Source: Clostridia bacterium
GTDB lineage: Bacteria > Bacillota > Clostridia > TANB77 > CAG-508
DNA: 64,000 bases
Direction of reading: 5' to 3'
Assembly: GCA_022793875.1 (NCBI GenBank)
Contig: JAAWDR010000002.1
Span: 2,399-66,398 of the forward strand
Shown here: positions 40,557 to 50,932 of the stretch, piece after piece
How positions within the stretch are numbered: the stretch's first letter is position 1
Layout: every line of letters starts with the position of its first letter
Translations under genes and position numbers: made by a program
Notes under the pieces: generated by a model
Seen by the model: the letters and a program-made list of their open reading frames with translations, nothing else
Told to the model about the DNA's origin: nothing
Database searches by the model: none

Positions 40557-41024
40557 ATGTATATGAAAAATTTTATTTTTAAATCATATTCTGAAAATGA
40601 TACTAAGCAATTTGCAAAAAGCTTTGCTTCTAAATTAAATAATGGAGATATCATAGTTCTTTCTGGTGATTTAGGTTCTGGTAAAACTAAATTCACAGAA
40701 GGTTTTTTGTCTTACTTTGATTTAGAAGACGAAATTTCAAGTCCTACATTTACAATTGTTAATGAATATAAAAAAAATGATACAAATATTTATCATTTTG
40801 ATGTATATAGATTAGAAGATTCATCAGAATTCTATGCAATCGGTGGTGAAGAGTATTTTGAAAATGGAATTTGTATTATTGAATGGGGCGAATTAATTGA
40901 AGATGCTCTACCCAAAAATTATATAAAAATTAGTTTCTCTAGAAACTATGAGAATGAAAATTCTAGAATTTTAGATATTCAATCTATTGGAAATAAATAT
41001 GATGAATTAGTTGATTCATTATAA
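40557..41024 (+). CDS. tsaE: tRNA t6A37 biosynthesis ATPase TsaE
   Basis: LSGDLGSGKTKFTEG P-loop, SPTFTIVNEY, HFDVYRL. The true start may be ATG 40563, 6 nt after AGGTGA. Confidence 0.88.
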   Translation: MYMKNFIFKSYSENDTKQFAKSFASKLNNGDIIVLSGDLGSGKTKFTEGFLSYFDLEDEISSPTFTIVNEYKKNDTNIYHFDVYRLEDSSEFYAIGGEEYFENGICIIEWGELIEDALPKNYIKISFSRNYENENSRILDIQSIGNKYDELVDSL

Positions 41025-41050
41025 ATTTTAATGAAAGAAGGAAAATTATT

Positions 41051-41710
41051 TTGAAAATTTTATGTATTGATACTTCAAGCAATTTATGTAGTGTAGCAAT
41101 TTTAGAAGACACTACTTTAATAAAAAAATTAGAATTAAATAATGGTCTAACACATTCTGAAACTTTAATGCCATTAATAAAACAATTATTAGAGGAAAGC
41201 AATTTAACACTAAAAGATATTGATTTACTTGTTTCTGATATAGGTCCTGGTTCTTTTACTGGAATTCGTATTGGAGTTTCAACTTGTAAAGCTTTTTCTG
41301 ATAGTTTAAATATACCTTGTATTGGAATTAGTAGTTTAGATGTTTTAGCTTATAATATAAAAAATGATGGAATTATTTGCAGTACAATTGATTGCAAAAA
41401 TGCTAATTGTTACTTTGCATTATATGAATGTAAAAATGGAGCTTATTTTACTTTAGAAGAACCTTGTGCAAAAACTGTTCAAGAAGTTTCTGATTTATTA
41501 AATTCTAAGTACTCAAATGAACAAATTGAATTTGTTGGAAATAGCATTACTTCTAATTCCACAGATTATTACTTAAATGTTGAAAATTTAGGTATTGCAG
41601 GACTTAGAAAATTCACTTCTAATAATAATGTTGGTGAAGAAATTTTACCTTTGTATTTGAAAAAGCCTCAGGCCCAAAGACAATTAGAAGAAAAAGAGCT
41701 TTTAAAATAA
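41051..41710 (+). CDS. tsaB: tRNA t6A37 biosynthesis protein TsaB
   Basis: TTG start. MKILCIDTSSNLCSVAILED.., GPGSFTGIRIGVST. Confidence 0.88.
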   Translation: MKILCIDTSSNLCSVAILEDTTLIKKLELNNGLTHSETLMPLIKQLLEESNLTLKDIDLLVSDIGPGSFTGIRIGVSTCKAFSDSLNIPCIGISSLDVLAYNIKNDGIICSTIDCKNANCYFALYECKNGAYFTLEEPCAKTVQEVSDLLNSKYSNEQIEFVGNSITSNSTDYYLNVENLGIAGLRKFTSNNNVGEEILPLYLKKPQAQRQLEEKELLK

Positions 41711-41732
41711 TTTTATTGATTGGAGATTTGTT

Positions 41733-42177
41733 ATGGATTTAAAAATTGCCACAATGACTTTAACTGATTTAAATGAAATTAGTGATATTTTAATTTCTGA
41801 TTTTGATGATTTTTGGACTTTTAATACTTTAGAGGAAGAATTGAATTGTGATAATTCTTTCTTTTTAGTTGCTAAAAATCATTATGATGAAATTGTTGGT
41901 TTTGCTGGTTTTAAATCAATTTTTGATGAAGCTGATATTATGAATATTGTTGTTAAAAAAAGTTATAGAAATAATGGTATTCGGTTCCTTTCTATTAGAA
42001 AATTTGATTTCATTTGCAAAAAAACTTAATATAAAAGTCATTACTTTAGAGGTTAATGAATGTAATCTATCTGCTATTAAACTTTATAATAAATTTAATT
42101 TTAATAAAGTTGGTGTTAGAAAAAAATATTATGATGGCAAAAATGATGCTATTATAATGACTTGTAATGTTATATAA
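41733..42177 (+). pseudogene. rimI: ribosomal-protein-alanine N-acetyltransferase RimI, +1 frameshifted
   Basis: ORFs 41733..42029 and 41947..42177 join as ..IVVKKSYRNNGI|GSFLLENLISFAKKLN.. (GNAT R-x-x-G-x-G motif) if the C of ATT-CGG-TTC (CGG 41982-41984) is skipped. Confidence 0.82.
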
Positions 42178-42248
42178 AATATTTGTAAAGAAAACGAATA
42201 AAATGTCAAAGAAAGAAGCATCTGAATTTCAGGTGCTTCTCTTTAGCA

Positions 42249-43052
42249 TTACACATATTTCTCAACTTTAACAACAGTTCTTCCACTTCTGGTAGTTCCA
42301 GAAAACTCCTTCACAACAAATCTCCCCTTACCTCTAATTGTAATAACATCATTCAATTTAATTTGTTTAGAAGCTTTAGTTTCACTTTGACCATTAATAA
42401 AAACTCTTTCACTGTCAATTATTTGGACAGCTTTACTCCTAGAAGTCTTAGCTAAATCTGAAACAAAATTATCAAGCCTCATAGAAGGAACTATTATACT
42501 CACCTCTTCTACTTTTATCTCTTGCTCTCTTAAATTTTCTAATTCTACTAAGTCAATTTTTGAATTCTCAAATCTTGTAAGAGTGCCTAATTCCTGCTTT
42601 AGAGTTTCTGCTGTTTCTTCTTTTACTAAAATATCAGCTCCATCATCTGAAACTAAAATATCTCCAACCTTTTCCCTTCTCATTCCAAGTTTAACTATTC
42701 CACCCAAATAATTTCTATGAGCATAATTCCCTTTTTCTTCATCATTTAGAGTAATCCTAATAACCTTAATAATTTTAGAAAAATTTTTCTCTACCATATT
42801 CATATTGTATTTATGAGGATATATTATAAGTACTTTTCTTTCAGCATTTTCAAATCCTCCATATAATACACAATTTTCAAATTCTATCTTTTTCAGAAAA
42901 GTTTTAACCAATGCAACTTGATACATATCTAAAAAATCTGTATATTCTAATTTTTCTCTTTGCTTAGAAAATTCTATTTTATCTAAAATTTGTGCTAATA
43001 AAATTTTGTCCTCTTGTTTTTTGTAATCACTTAAAATTTTCTGTTTATCCAT
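42249..43052 (-). CDS. YlmH-like S4-domain RNA-binding protein
   Basis: 267 aa. C-terminal S4 motif (MRLDNFVSDLAKTSRSKAVQIIDSERVFINGQ). Confidence 0.7.
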   Translation of the reverse strand: MDKQKILSDYKKQEDKILLAQILDKIEFSKQREKLEYTDFLDMYQVALVKTFLKKIEFENCVLYGGFENAERKVLIIYPHKYNMNMVEKNFSKIIKVIRITLNDEEKGNYAHRNYLGGIVKLGMRREKVGDILVSDDGADILVKEETAETLKQELGTLTRFENSKIDLVELENLREQEIKVEEVSIIVPSMRLDNFVSDLAKTSRSKAVQIIDSERVFINGQSETKASKQIKLNDVITIRGKGRFVVKEFSGTTRSGRTVVKVEKYV

Positions 43053-43157
43053 CTCTATTTCCTTTCACTTCTTTCGACCATTTTATCTTGAAGCTATTCT
43101 AAATTTTTAAGTTTGCAATTACCATGCTATATTTCTAACTTAATTTCTTGTTATTTA

Positions 43158-45035
43158 TTATTTAGATTTGCAAGATGTGTCCCCGATGGGACAAAATGTC
43201 CCAGAAAGAAACGTCCCCAATGGGACATAAATCCCCTCAAGTTCTTCTACTGTCCCATGTCTAATGAATTCATCTGGCAATGACAATTCTTGAATTTCAA
43301 CATCCTTCAAATTTTCATCTATTATCAACTCTTTTATAGCAGTTCCTAACCCATTTATTTTTGTTCCATCCTCTATTGTAATAACTTTTTTTGTCTTTTC
43401 AATTGATTTTTTTATTGTCTCAACATCTAATGGCTTTAAAAATCTTGCGTTAATAACTTCCGCATCTAATCCTTCTATTTCATAATGCTTTGCCATTTTC
43501 ATTGCCTTTGCAACTTTATTTCCAATTGCTATTATACTTACATCTTTTCCTTCTTTTAAAATCTGTGCCTTTCCTAATTCTATTTTTTCTTGATTTTCAA
43601 ATTTTATACTAGTATCTTCTCCACCTCTTGGATATCTAATAACTACTGGCCTTTTTAAGGTTATAGCAAATTCCATCATTTCTTCAAGTTCTTTAAAATC
43701 TTTTGGTGCCATTATTGTTAAATTTGGAACTAATCTAAAAAATGCCATATCTAATAATCCTTGATGAGTTTCACCATCCTGTCCTACTAATCCTGCTCTA
43801 TCTATACACATTATTACTGGTAAATTCTGAATTGCTACATCATGTATCACTTGATCATATGCTCTCTGATAAAATGATGAATATATTGGCACAAATGGTA
43901 TCATTCCCTCTTTTGCCATTCCTGCAGCCATTGTTACTGCATGTTGCTCTGCTATTCCAATATCAAAAAATCTTTCTGGAAATTCTTTTGCAAATTTTGT
44001 AAGTCCTGTTCCATCTTTCATTGAGGCTGTTATAGCAACTATTTTTTCATTATTCTTTGCCAAGTTTACTAGTTTCTCTCCAAATACTTTTGAATAATCA
44101 CTCTTTTTTTCTTTTTTAGTCTTTCCTGTTTCAATATCAAATGGTGATGTTGCATGAAATCTATCAGGATTTTCTTCTGCTATTTTATATCCTTTTCCTT
44201 TTTTAGTTAGTACATGTATCAAAACTGGTCTTTCAACTTGTTTACTTAATTTCAATATATTTTCTAATTGTTCAATATTATGACCATCTACTGGTCCAAG
44301 ATATGTAAAACCTATATCTTCAAAAAACATTTTTGGTATTACTAATTGTTTTATACTTCTCTTTATTCTTTGAACAACTTTAACTATTGGCTTTCCTATA
44401 GCAGGTACATTATTTAAAACTTTTTTAGCTGATATATTAGATTTTTTATATAATTTTTTAGTTCTCAATTTGCTTAAAAATAAATTTAATCCACCTACAT
44501 TTTTTGATATACTCATTTCATTGTCATTCAATATAACCATCATTTTAGTTTGACTATATCCTGCATCATTTAAAGCTTCTAATGCCATTCCTCCTGTCAA
44601 TGCTCCATCTCCTATTATAGCAATTACTTGATTATTATCACCTTTTAAATCTCTTGCTCTTGCCATTCCTAATGCTGCTGATATTGATGTGCTACTATGT
44701 CCTGTGTCAAAATCGTCATATTCTGATTCATTTATTTTTGGAAATCCTGATAATCCATCTAATTTTCTTATTGTTTTAAATTCTTCTCTTCTTCCTGTAA
44801 TTATTTTATGTACATATGATTGATGTCCTACATCCCATATTATTTTATCTTTTGGCATGTTAAATACACTATGTAGTGCAAGTGTAAGTTCTACTACTCC
44901 TAAATTTGATGCTAAATGTCCACCATTTTCTGATACTACTTGTAATACATATTCTCTTATCTCTTGTGCTAGTTTATTTTTTTCTTCTATATTTAATTTT
45001 TTTAAATCTTCTGGTGAATTGATTTTTTCTAACAC
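43158..45035 (-). CDS. dxs: 1-deoxy-D-xylulose-5-phosphate synthase, 3' end replaced by REP-derived codons
   Basis: Start set at GTG 45035 (GGAGGA RBS; VLEKINSPEDLKKL). GHLASNLGVVELT, GDGALTGGMALEALN, PRGG. The last ~23 codons (VPLGTFLSGTFCPIGDTSCKSK) are read through REP 43173-43228. Confidence 0.9.
   Translation of the reverse strand: MLEKINSPEDLKKLNIEEKNKLAQEIREYVLQVVSENGGHLASNLGVVELTLALHSVFNMPKDKIIWDVGHQSYVHKIITGRREEFKTIRKLDGLSGFPKINESEYDDFDTGHSSTSISAALGMARARDLKGDNNQVIAIIGDGALTGGMALEALNDAGYSQTKMMVILNDNEMSISKNVGGLNLFLSKLRTKKLYKKSNISAKKVLNNVPAIGKPIVKVVQRIKRSIKQLVIPKMFFEDIGFTYLGPVDGHNIEQLENILKLSKQVERPVLIHVLTKKGKGYKIAEENPDRFHATSPFDIETGKTKKEKKSDYSKVFGEKLVNLAKNNEKIVAITASMKDGTGLTKFAKEFPERFFDIGIAEQHAVTMAAGMAKEGMIPFVPIYSSFYQRAYDQVIHDVAIQNLPVIMCIDRAGLVGQDGETHQGLLDMAFFRLVPNLTIMAPKDFKELEEMMEFAITLKRPVVIRYPRGGEDTSIKFENQEKIELGKAQILKEGKDVSIIAIGNKVAKAMKMAKHYEIEGLDAEVINARFLKPLDVETIKKSIEKTKKVITIEDGTKINGLGTAIKELIIDENLKDVEIQELSLPDEFIRHGTVEELEGIYVPLGTFLSGTFCPIGDTSCKSK
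43173..43228 (+). repeat. REP-like element, full-length copy (inside the dxs 3' end)
   Basis: AGATGTGTCCCCGATGGGACAAAATGTCCCAGAAAGAAACGTCCCCAATGGGACAT. Confidence 0.9.
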
Positions 45036-45350
45036 TTTTATTCCTCCAACTATTACTTTTTTACTTATTTTATATAATATCACATTTTTAGCTATTTTTT
45101 CAACATATTCTTACATTTTTGTAAGTTTTCCATATTAATTTGTTACAATTTACAACTAATTTACATTCAACATTATAAATATATTATTTATAATTTTTAG
45201 TTTTTAAAGCATAATAGTTACAATTGTAAAATTAATTTATAACAAAATTATTGTATTTTATCTAATTTTATTATAAAATATATACATAGTTTATAAAAAA
45301 TACATAATATAATCTCTTACAAGCCAAACTATAAAATAATAATAAGGAGT

Positions 45351-46742
45351 ATGAAAATGAAAAAAACAAAAATTTTATTAATTTTATTTATACTAATCAC
45401 ATTTATATCAAGCATTTCAAATGCAACATACAATAATGTTACAATGTCTGTTGTAGAAGAACCTATATCTACTATAAAATATGGAGACAACTCATATGTT
45501 GAAAGAAGTGTTATTTCTAAAGATTTAGAAAAAAAAGAAATTACAATTCAATTAAAAGTTACAAATAATGAAGGAATTACTAAGCCAACTGGTGAACTAA
45601 TGTTAGTTATTGATAATTCTAACAGTATGCTTGATTCAGTATATGAAAACGAAAATTTGAAAAGAAAAGATGTAATTATTGATTCTGCAAAATCTTTAAT
45701 AACAAAGCTTTTAGAAGATAATACAAAGCTAAAAATTGGAGCTGTAAGTTTTTCAACAAAAAGTGTTTCTGATGAAGGTAAGGCTACAGATGCTAAAATA
45801 GTATCTGAATTAACCACAGATGCCTCTCATTTAATTGATTCTATATCTAACATTGACTATGATGGTCCAAGAACAAATTTAGATGCTGGTATAAGTTTAG
45901 CAAAACAATACTTTAGTAACGAAACAGATAAATCTCACAAATATATTATTGTTTTATCTGATGGAGTTCCAAATGTAGCTATTGATTTTGATAACTATTA
46001 TTATTCTGATGATGTAGTTTCAAAAACAAAAGCTAGTTTACAATCATTATCAAACATTTCTGATAATGTTATTGTAATGCTTACAGGTATTACAGAAGGT
46101 GATTCTCTTCCAACATATGTACCTGAATATACTGGAACTAAAAGAACATATAATCAAATTATTGCAGAAATTTTTGGAACCCCTGAAAAACCTACTATTG
46201 GTAAATTTTATCCTATACCTGATGCTAAAATTGAAGAAACTATAAAAAATAATATCTATAATGATCTATTACCTATACCAAAAACTTTTACAGATATTAA
46301 AGTAGTAGACTATTTTTCAAAAGAAATTGTTGACAATTTTGATTTTTCTTATGTAAAAGATCCTAATTTTGGTACAATATCATCTGAAATTGATAAAACA
46401 ACAAATTCCATAACATGGACTATTCCAAAATTAAAACCTAATGAAACAGCTATAGTTCAATATAAATTAAAATTAAAAACAGATTATAATGAAGATATTC
46501 TTGATAAAGTTTTAGATACTAACCCAAAACTTGATTTAACTTATACAGATTACTCAAATACAACTGATACAAAAACTTCTGATGTAACTCCTAAAATAAA
46601 ACTTACTGAGCCTAAAGAAGAATTACCTAAAGAATTTCCAAAGGCTGGTAAAACAATTTTCTTTAATGTTATTGGAATAATTACAATTATCTCAATTGTT
46701 TTAGGATTTAAATATTTTTTTCTAAATAATAAAATGAAATAA
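45351..46742 (+). CDS. secreted vWA-domain surface protein with C-terminal membrane anchor / sorting-signal-like tail
   Basis: Signal peptide. MIDAS LVIDNSNSM plus ..LSDGVPN. C-terminal ..FPKAGKT followed by a hydrophobic helix and a basic end (not a canonical LPXTG). Confidence 0.7.
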   Translation: MKMKKTKILLILFILITFISSISNATYNNVTMSVVEEPISTIKYGDNSYVERSVISKDLEKKEITIQLKVTNNEGITKPTGELMLVIDNSNSMLDSVYENENLKRKDVIIDSAKSLITKLLEDNTKLKIGAVSFSTKSVSDEGKATDAKIVSELTTDASHLIDSISNIDYDGPRTNLDAGISLAKQYFSNETDKSHKYIIVLSDGVPNVAIDFDNYYYSDDVVSKTKASLQSLSNISDNVIVMLTGITEGDSLPTYVPEYTGTKRTYNQIIAEIFGTPEKPTIGKFYPIPDAKIEETIKNNIYNDLLPIPKTFTDIKVVDYFSKEIVDNFDFSYVKDPNFGTISSEIDKTTNSITWTIPKLKPNETAIVQYKLKLKTDYNEDILDKVLDTNPKLDLTYTDYSNTTDTKTSDVTPKIKLTEPKEELPKEFPKAGKTIFFNVIGIITIISIVLGFKYFFLNNKMK

Positions 46743-46745
46743 ATT

Positions 46746-46782
46746 ATATGGCAAAAAGGTTTTTCCTATTTGCCATATTTTT
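46746..46782 (+). terminator. rho-independent terminator after the vWA gene
   Basis: ATATGGCAAA-loop-TTTGCCATAT followed by TTTT. Confidence 0.75.
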
Positions 46783-46915
46783 ATATTATATCTTTTATTC
46801 TTTACATAAAAAAGATATTCTTATTGAAAAATAACTAAAATTATGATATAATGCTAACTACTTAGAACTTTGAAAAATAAATATATATGTATTTACATTA
46901 AAAGGAGGATTAAAC

Positions 46916-47632
46916 ATGAAGGTATTGCAACGGATTTATATTATTATAACATCAGTTTTAGTTATGGCTATAACAACATTAATCTTTTCAGTATACCATT
47001 TCAATAACTTACGAAGTTGGGCATTTTTGATACTTGTTTTAGTAATATTGGACATTTTATGTACTATATTTGAAGTTTTAATTGTAAAGATTCAAAAAAA
47101 GCACATTTTAAACAAATCAAAACGTGTTGAAAAAAGAATAATAAAATCAGCAGAACATAAACAAAAGAACTATGAAGCAAAAAAGACAAAGGAAGATATG
47201 AAAAAGGCTTTAAAAAATCCAGATTATAAAAAAGTTCTTGATGCAGAAGCTCTTATAAAAAAAGTACAAAAGCTCTCTGAAAGCTATGACTTTGGTGCTC
47301 ATAAAAAAAACATCACTATTTGTGTTGATAAAATTTCAGAAATTATATCTATTCTGAAAAATGACTGTTCTGGATATAACAGAGTTTCATTCCTTTTTGA
47401 AAAATATCTTCCTGAATTTTATACTACTTTAAAATACTACTCTAATTTTATTATAGCTGATATTGTATCTAATGAGCAAGAAAGAACTTTAAGTAAATGT
47501 ATAAACAAGTTTCTTGATTTTTTACAAAGTCAAAAGATTGAAGCACTTTTTGATAGAACTGAAACTGAAACACAATTTAAAAATGCATCTGAAAACTTAA
47601 ACAAAATGATTGATGGAGGAGAAAATCTATGA
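46916..47632 (+). CDS. XpaC-like (5-bromo-4-chloroindolyl phosphate hydrolysis family) membrane protein
   Basis: AAGGAGG RBS. Two N-terminal TM helices then a helical domain (..FEKYLPEFYTTLKYY..) resembling XpaC/PF10112 from memory. In-frame CGG at codon 6. Confidence 0.45.
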   Translation: MKVLQRIYIIITSVLVMAITTLIFSVYHFNNLRSWAFLILVLVILDILCTIFEVLIVKIQKKHILNKSKRVEKRIIKSAEHKQKNYEAKKTKEDMKKALKNPDYKKVLDAEALIKKVQKLSESYDFGAHKKNITICVDKISEIISILKNDCSGYNRVSFLFEKYLPEFYTTLKYYSNFIIADIVSNEQERTLSKCINKFLDFLQSQKIEALFDRTETETQFKNASENLNKMIDGGENL

Positions 47633-48627
47633 GTATTAGAAAAAAGCGGATTATCAGTTGGGTTATTTGGTTCATTGTTGCATGTATTCTTTTTGTATTT
47701 GACAATTATAATATTATAGATACTTTATTTAAAGAAAAAACTACTATTACGGTATGTGCTCCAGAAGATATGGAAAATGCTTTAAATGCTGCTCTTAAAA
47801 CTTCTGGATTAAAAAGTGATTACAAAATTGAAATTACTTCTAATCCAAATGCCAATATTTGCGTATCTTATGGTAAAGAAAATGACTCTAGTTATACAAA
47901 ATTTGCCTTTTCCCCATTTATAATAGCTTATAATTCTGATGATGCTTACTTCAACGCTCTAAAAAACTCTAATATCTTAATTCCTTCTGAATTTCAAAAG
48001 GATTATTATGAATTAGACTTTTTAAAAGTTATTAATGAAATTTTAAAAGAAGGCAATTGGTCAAATTTGGGTATTGAAGGATTAGACAAAATTAAAATAT
48101 TCTATCCATCAAAGGAAACAATATATTGGAATGATTTCTATGATTTTATGCTTGTAACTGTTAATAATGGAATATATCCTGAGACAGAAAATGAACTAAA
48201 AAATTCCATAAGTACTATTAATAAATTCATAAATAGTCCATATACTGAAGAAGTTTCTGACTTTTATGAAAAAGTTTCAAGAGTTGGCGGTTTTCCTGAA
48301 AGTGCATTTTTTATACTTCCAGAAAAAAGCGTTTTTGATATATATTTCAGTAATACTAATTATACCTTTTCTGTTAATATTCTATATCCAACTGTAACAG
48401 TATATTTCAATTACTATATAAAAGGAGATGATTTAGGAAATAATATTATTTCAGCATTTGAATCATCAAAATTTTATTCAAAATTGAAAAATGAAAGTTA
48501 TAGAAGTACCAAAGACTCTAATATAAATCTTAACAGTAATCGAGACTTTATATATGGAAGAAGAAATGTATATAATGTAATAAAAATACCTGATAATAAG
48601 ATAACTAAATATTTAGAAGCCCAATAA
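47629..48627 (+). CDS. membrane-anchored hypothetical protein (332 aa), possibly a periplasmic-binding-like fold
   Basis: ATGA overlap with the upstream gene. N-terminal TM helix. In-frame CGG at codon 7. No firm motif. Confidence 0.45.
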   Translation: MSIRKKRIISWVIWFIVACILFVFDNYNIIDTLFKEKTTITVCAPEDMENALNAALKTSGLKSDYKIEITSNPNANICVSYGKENDSSYTKFAFSPFIIAYNSDDAYFNALKNSNILIPSEFQKDYYELDFLKVINEILKEGNWSNLGIEGLDKIKIFYPSKETIYWNDFYDFMLVTVNNGIYPETENELKNSISTINKFINSPYTEEVSDFYEKVSRVGGFPESAFFILPEKSVFDIYFSNTNYTFSVNILYPTVTVYFNYYIKGDDLGNNIISAFESSKFYSKLKNESYRSTKDSNINLNSNRDFIYGRRNVYNVIKIPDNKITKYLEAQ

Positions 48628-48670
48628 CTTTTGTATAATATTTTAAAAATGTAAATGCACATAATATTAA

Positions 48671-48707
48671 AGCCACTATATACAATTGTAACATAGTGGC
48701 TTTTTTT
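48671..48707 (+). terminator. rho-independent terminator
   Basis: AGCCACTAT-loop-ATAGTGGCT followed by TTTTTTT. Confidence 0.8.
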
Positions 48708-48713
48708 ATAAAA

Positions 48714-48746
48714 GTGTGTCAAAAAGGGACGTCCCCTTTGACACAC
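48714..48746. repeat. REP-like subfamily-2 palindrome GTGTGTCAAAAAGGGACGTCCCCTTTGACACAC
   Basis: Near-perfect palindrome related to the arms at 7469-7605. Lies between convergent genes. Confidence 0.8.
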
Positions 48747-48757
48747 TTTGTTGTGCT

Positions 48758-49546
48758 TTACCTAAACATATATAATCCAATAATAAATAATCCAAATATA
48801 ATTCTATATATAGCAAAAATTTTAAAACTTCCTTTTTTCAAATACTCAAGTAAAAATTTAATAACAATTATTCCAACTATAAAACTTGCTAAAACTCCAA
48901 CGAAAAATGGTATTTCCAAAACAAAGTCTTTAAATTTGTATAGTGTTGCTCCTAATACAATTGGTGTAGATAATAAAAATGTATATTTAGCAGTTGATTC
49001 TCTATCTACTCCCATTAATCTTCCTGTAGTCATTGTTACCCCAGAACGTGATACACCTGGAATAAATGCTAAAGCTTGTGAACATCCAATTAGAAATGTT
49101 TGTTTAAAATTCATTTTCTTATAATCTGTATTTGAAGGACATTTTTTATCAACTATATATAATATAATTCCCATTACTATTAATGCTATTGCAATTACTA
49201 ATGGCATCTTACCTAAACTATCTCCAATAAAGTGGTCTAATAAAAATCCTATTGCTCCACCTGGTATTGTTGCAATAACTAAATACCAAAACATCTTTCC
49301 TTCAAAACTCTTTTCTTTTTTTACAACTTGTTTATATCCACCTTCTATTAATTTTAACCAATCTTTAAAAAAGAATATTACTATTGCAAGTAATGTTCCA
49401 AAATGTAGTGCTACATCAAAACTTGGTGGCATTTCCCAATTAAATATCCATGGTAATAAATTTAAGTGAGCTGAGCTCGAAATTGGTAATAATTCTGTTA
49501 ATCCTTGAACTATACCTAAAATTAGTGCTTGTAAAATTTCATTCAT
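48758..49546 (-). CDS. uppP: undecaprenyl-diphosphate phosphatase
   Basis: MNEILQALILGIVQGLTELLPISSSAHL (BacA N-terminal motif), GVSRSG. Start set at the second ATG. Confidence 0.92.
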   Translation of the reverse strand: MNEILQALILGIVQGLTELLPISSSAHLNLLPWIFNWEMPPSFDVALHFGTLLAIVIFFFKDWLKLIEGGYKQVVKKEKSFEGKMFWYLVIATIPGGAIGFLLDHFIGDSLGKMPLVIAIALIVMGIILYIVDKKCPSNTDYKKMNFKQTFLIGCSQALAFIPGVSRSGVTMTTGRLMGVDRESTAKYTFLLSTPIVLGATLYKFKDFVLEIPFFVGVLASFIVGIIVIKFLLEYLKKGSFKIFAIYRIIFGLFIIGLYMFR

Positions 49547-49678
49547 TTTCTTTCTTCCCTTCATTCTTTTGTTACTATTATATTTTCTTTTTTTTATTTT
49601 ATGTTTGATATTTGACGTTGAAAATCAAATATTTCATACAGAAACTGATTTTTAGCTTCTACCATATAATCTCTATTT

Positions 49679-50908
49679 CTAATATCCTAATTCTCTATCT
49701 TGTTCATCAATCTCATATCCTATATACTGACTTTTTTCTTCTCTTTTTTTCAAAAGCATTATATCATCATATCCTAAATTTCTAGTAATCTCAAACATCC
49801 CCTCAAGATGTGCCTTTGCTCTTATTTCCTTATTCTTATATTTGCTTTCTATTTCTTCATTTTCTTGTATATTAAATGGTATAGATATTCTTGCAAGTAT
49901 TGGTATAAAAATAGGATCTTTCTTTACTTTTGGCACAATTTTTGCTGAATTTATATCTATTGCTACATTTGCATATTTTATAGCATTGTCTTTATCACCT
50001 TTTATCATAGCTATTTTTGAAAGCTCATAATAACTATCTGCTGCTAATTCATCATCATTAACAGCTTCCATAAAATATCTTTCTGCTTCTTCTAATTCTT
50101 TATAAATTAAAGCAATCTCTGCAAGTGAATATTTTGAATTATATGCAAGTGAATTTATTTGTGCAGCTTTTTCATAACACATTTTAGCATTTTGAAAATC
50201 ATTAAGCATTGTATATGCTATTCCTAAATTGTAATTAATATCAAAACTTAATGGATTATATTTTAATGCATCTTGATATACATTTACAGCTTCTTTATAC
50301 ATTTCTTTATTGATTAGTATATCTCCTAACAATTCAGTTGCTTTATAATAATCTGGCTTTTTATTTAACAAATTAAATAGCATTTCTGCTGCTTCATTCG
50401 ATTTATCTAAATTAGTCAATAATTCAGCTACCTTATAATATGAATCATAATCCTTTTTATTTATATCAATTGCTTGAACATACTCATCTATAGCCTTTCT
50501 CATTCCACCTTCTAGTTCATAAATTTCTGCTAACATTTTATGTCCAATATAATTCTCAGGGTCTTTTGTTACTAAATTTATTAATTGTTCTTTAGCTTTT
50601 TTATTATTTCCCATCTTCAAGTATATTTGAGCCTTAGCTACACTTACAATTTGAATTAATGATATTCCTCTTTTTTCTATAATTATAATAGCAATTGGTA
50701 ATAATATCCCAAATATATATTTTACTATAACCCAAAATGCACCTATCTCTTTTTTCGCTAATACTGTTATAAAATTTAATGTTATGCCTATTGCCTGCAT
50801 TACTAATATTGATATGTAATTAGTATCATTCTTTTGGAACATCCTAAAAAACATATAAACAAATAATCCAAATGCAATTATAGAAAAAATTAATTGTTCT
50901 AATATCAT
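49679..50908 (-). CDS. membrane-anchored tetratricopeptide-repeat protein
   Basis: N-terminal TM helices then repeated TPR-like A..Y..A units. Start set at the ATG behind AAAGGAGAG. Confidence 0.7.
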   Translation of the reverse strand: MILEQLIFSIIAFGLFVYMFFRMFQKNDTNYISILVMQAIGITLNFITVLAKKEIGAFWVIVKYIFGILLPIAIIIIEKRGISLIQIVSVAKAQIYLKMGNNKKAKEQLINLVTKDPENYIGHKMLAEIYELEGGMRKAIDEYVQAIDINKKDYDSYYKVAELLTNLDKSNEAAEMLFNLLNKKPDYYKATELLGDILINKEMYKEAVNVYQDALKYNPLSFDINYNLGIAYTMLNDFQNAKMCYEKAAQINSLAYNSKYSLAEIALIYKELEEAERYFMEAVNDDELAADSYYELSKIAMIKGDKDNAIKYANVAIDINSAKIVPKVKKDPIFIPILARISIPFNIQENEEIESKYKNKEIRAKAHLEGMFEITRNLGYDDIMLLKKREEKSQYIGYEIDEQDRELGY

Positions 50909-50932
50909 ACTGTTCTCTCCTTTTATCAAATG

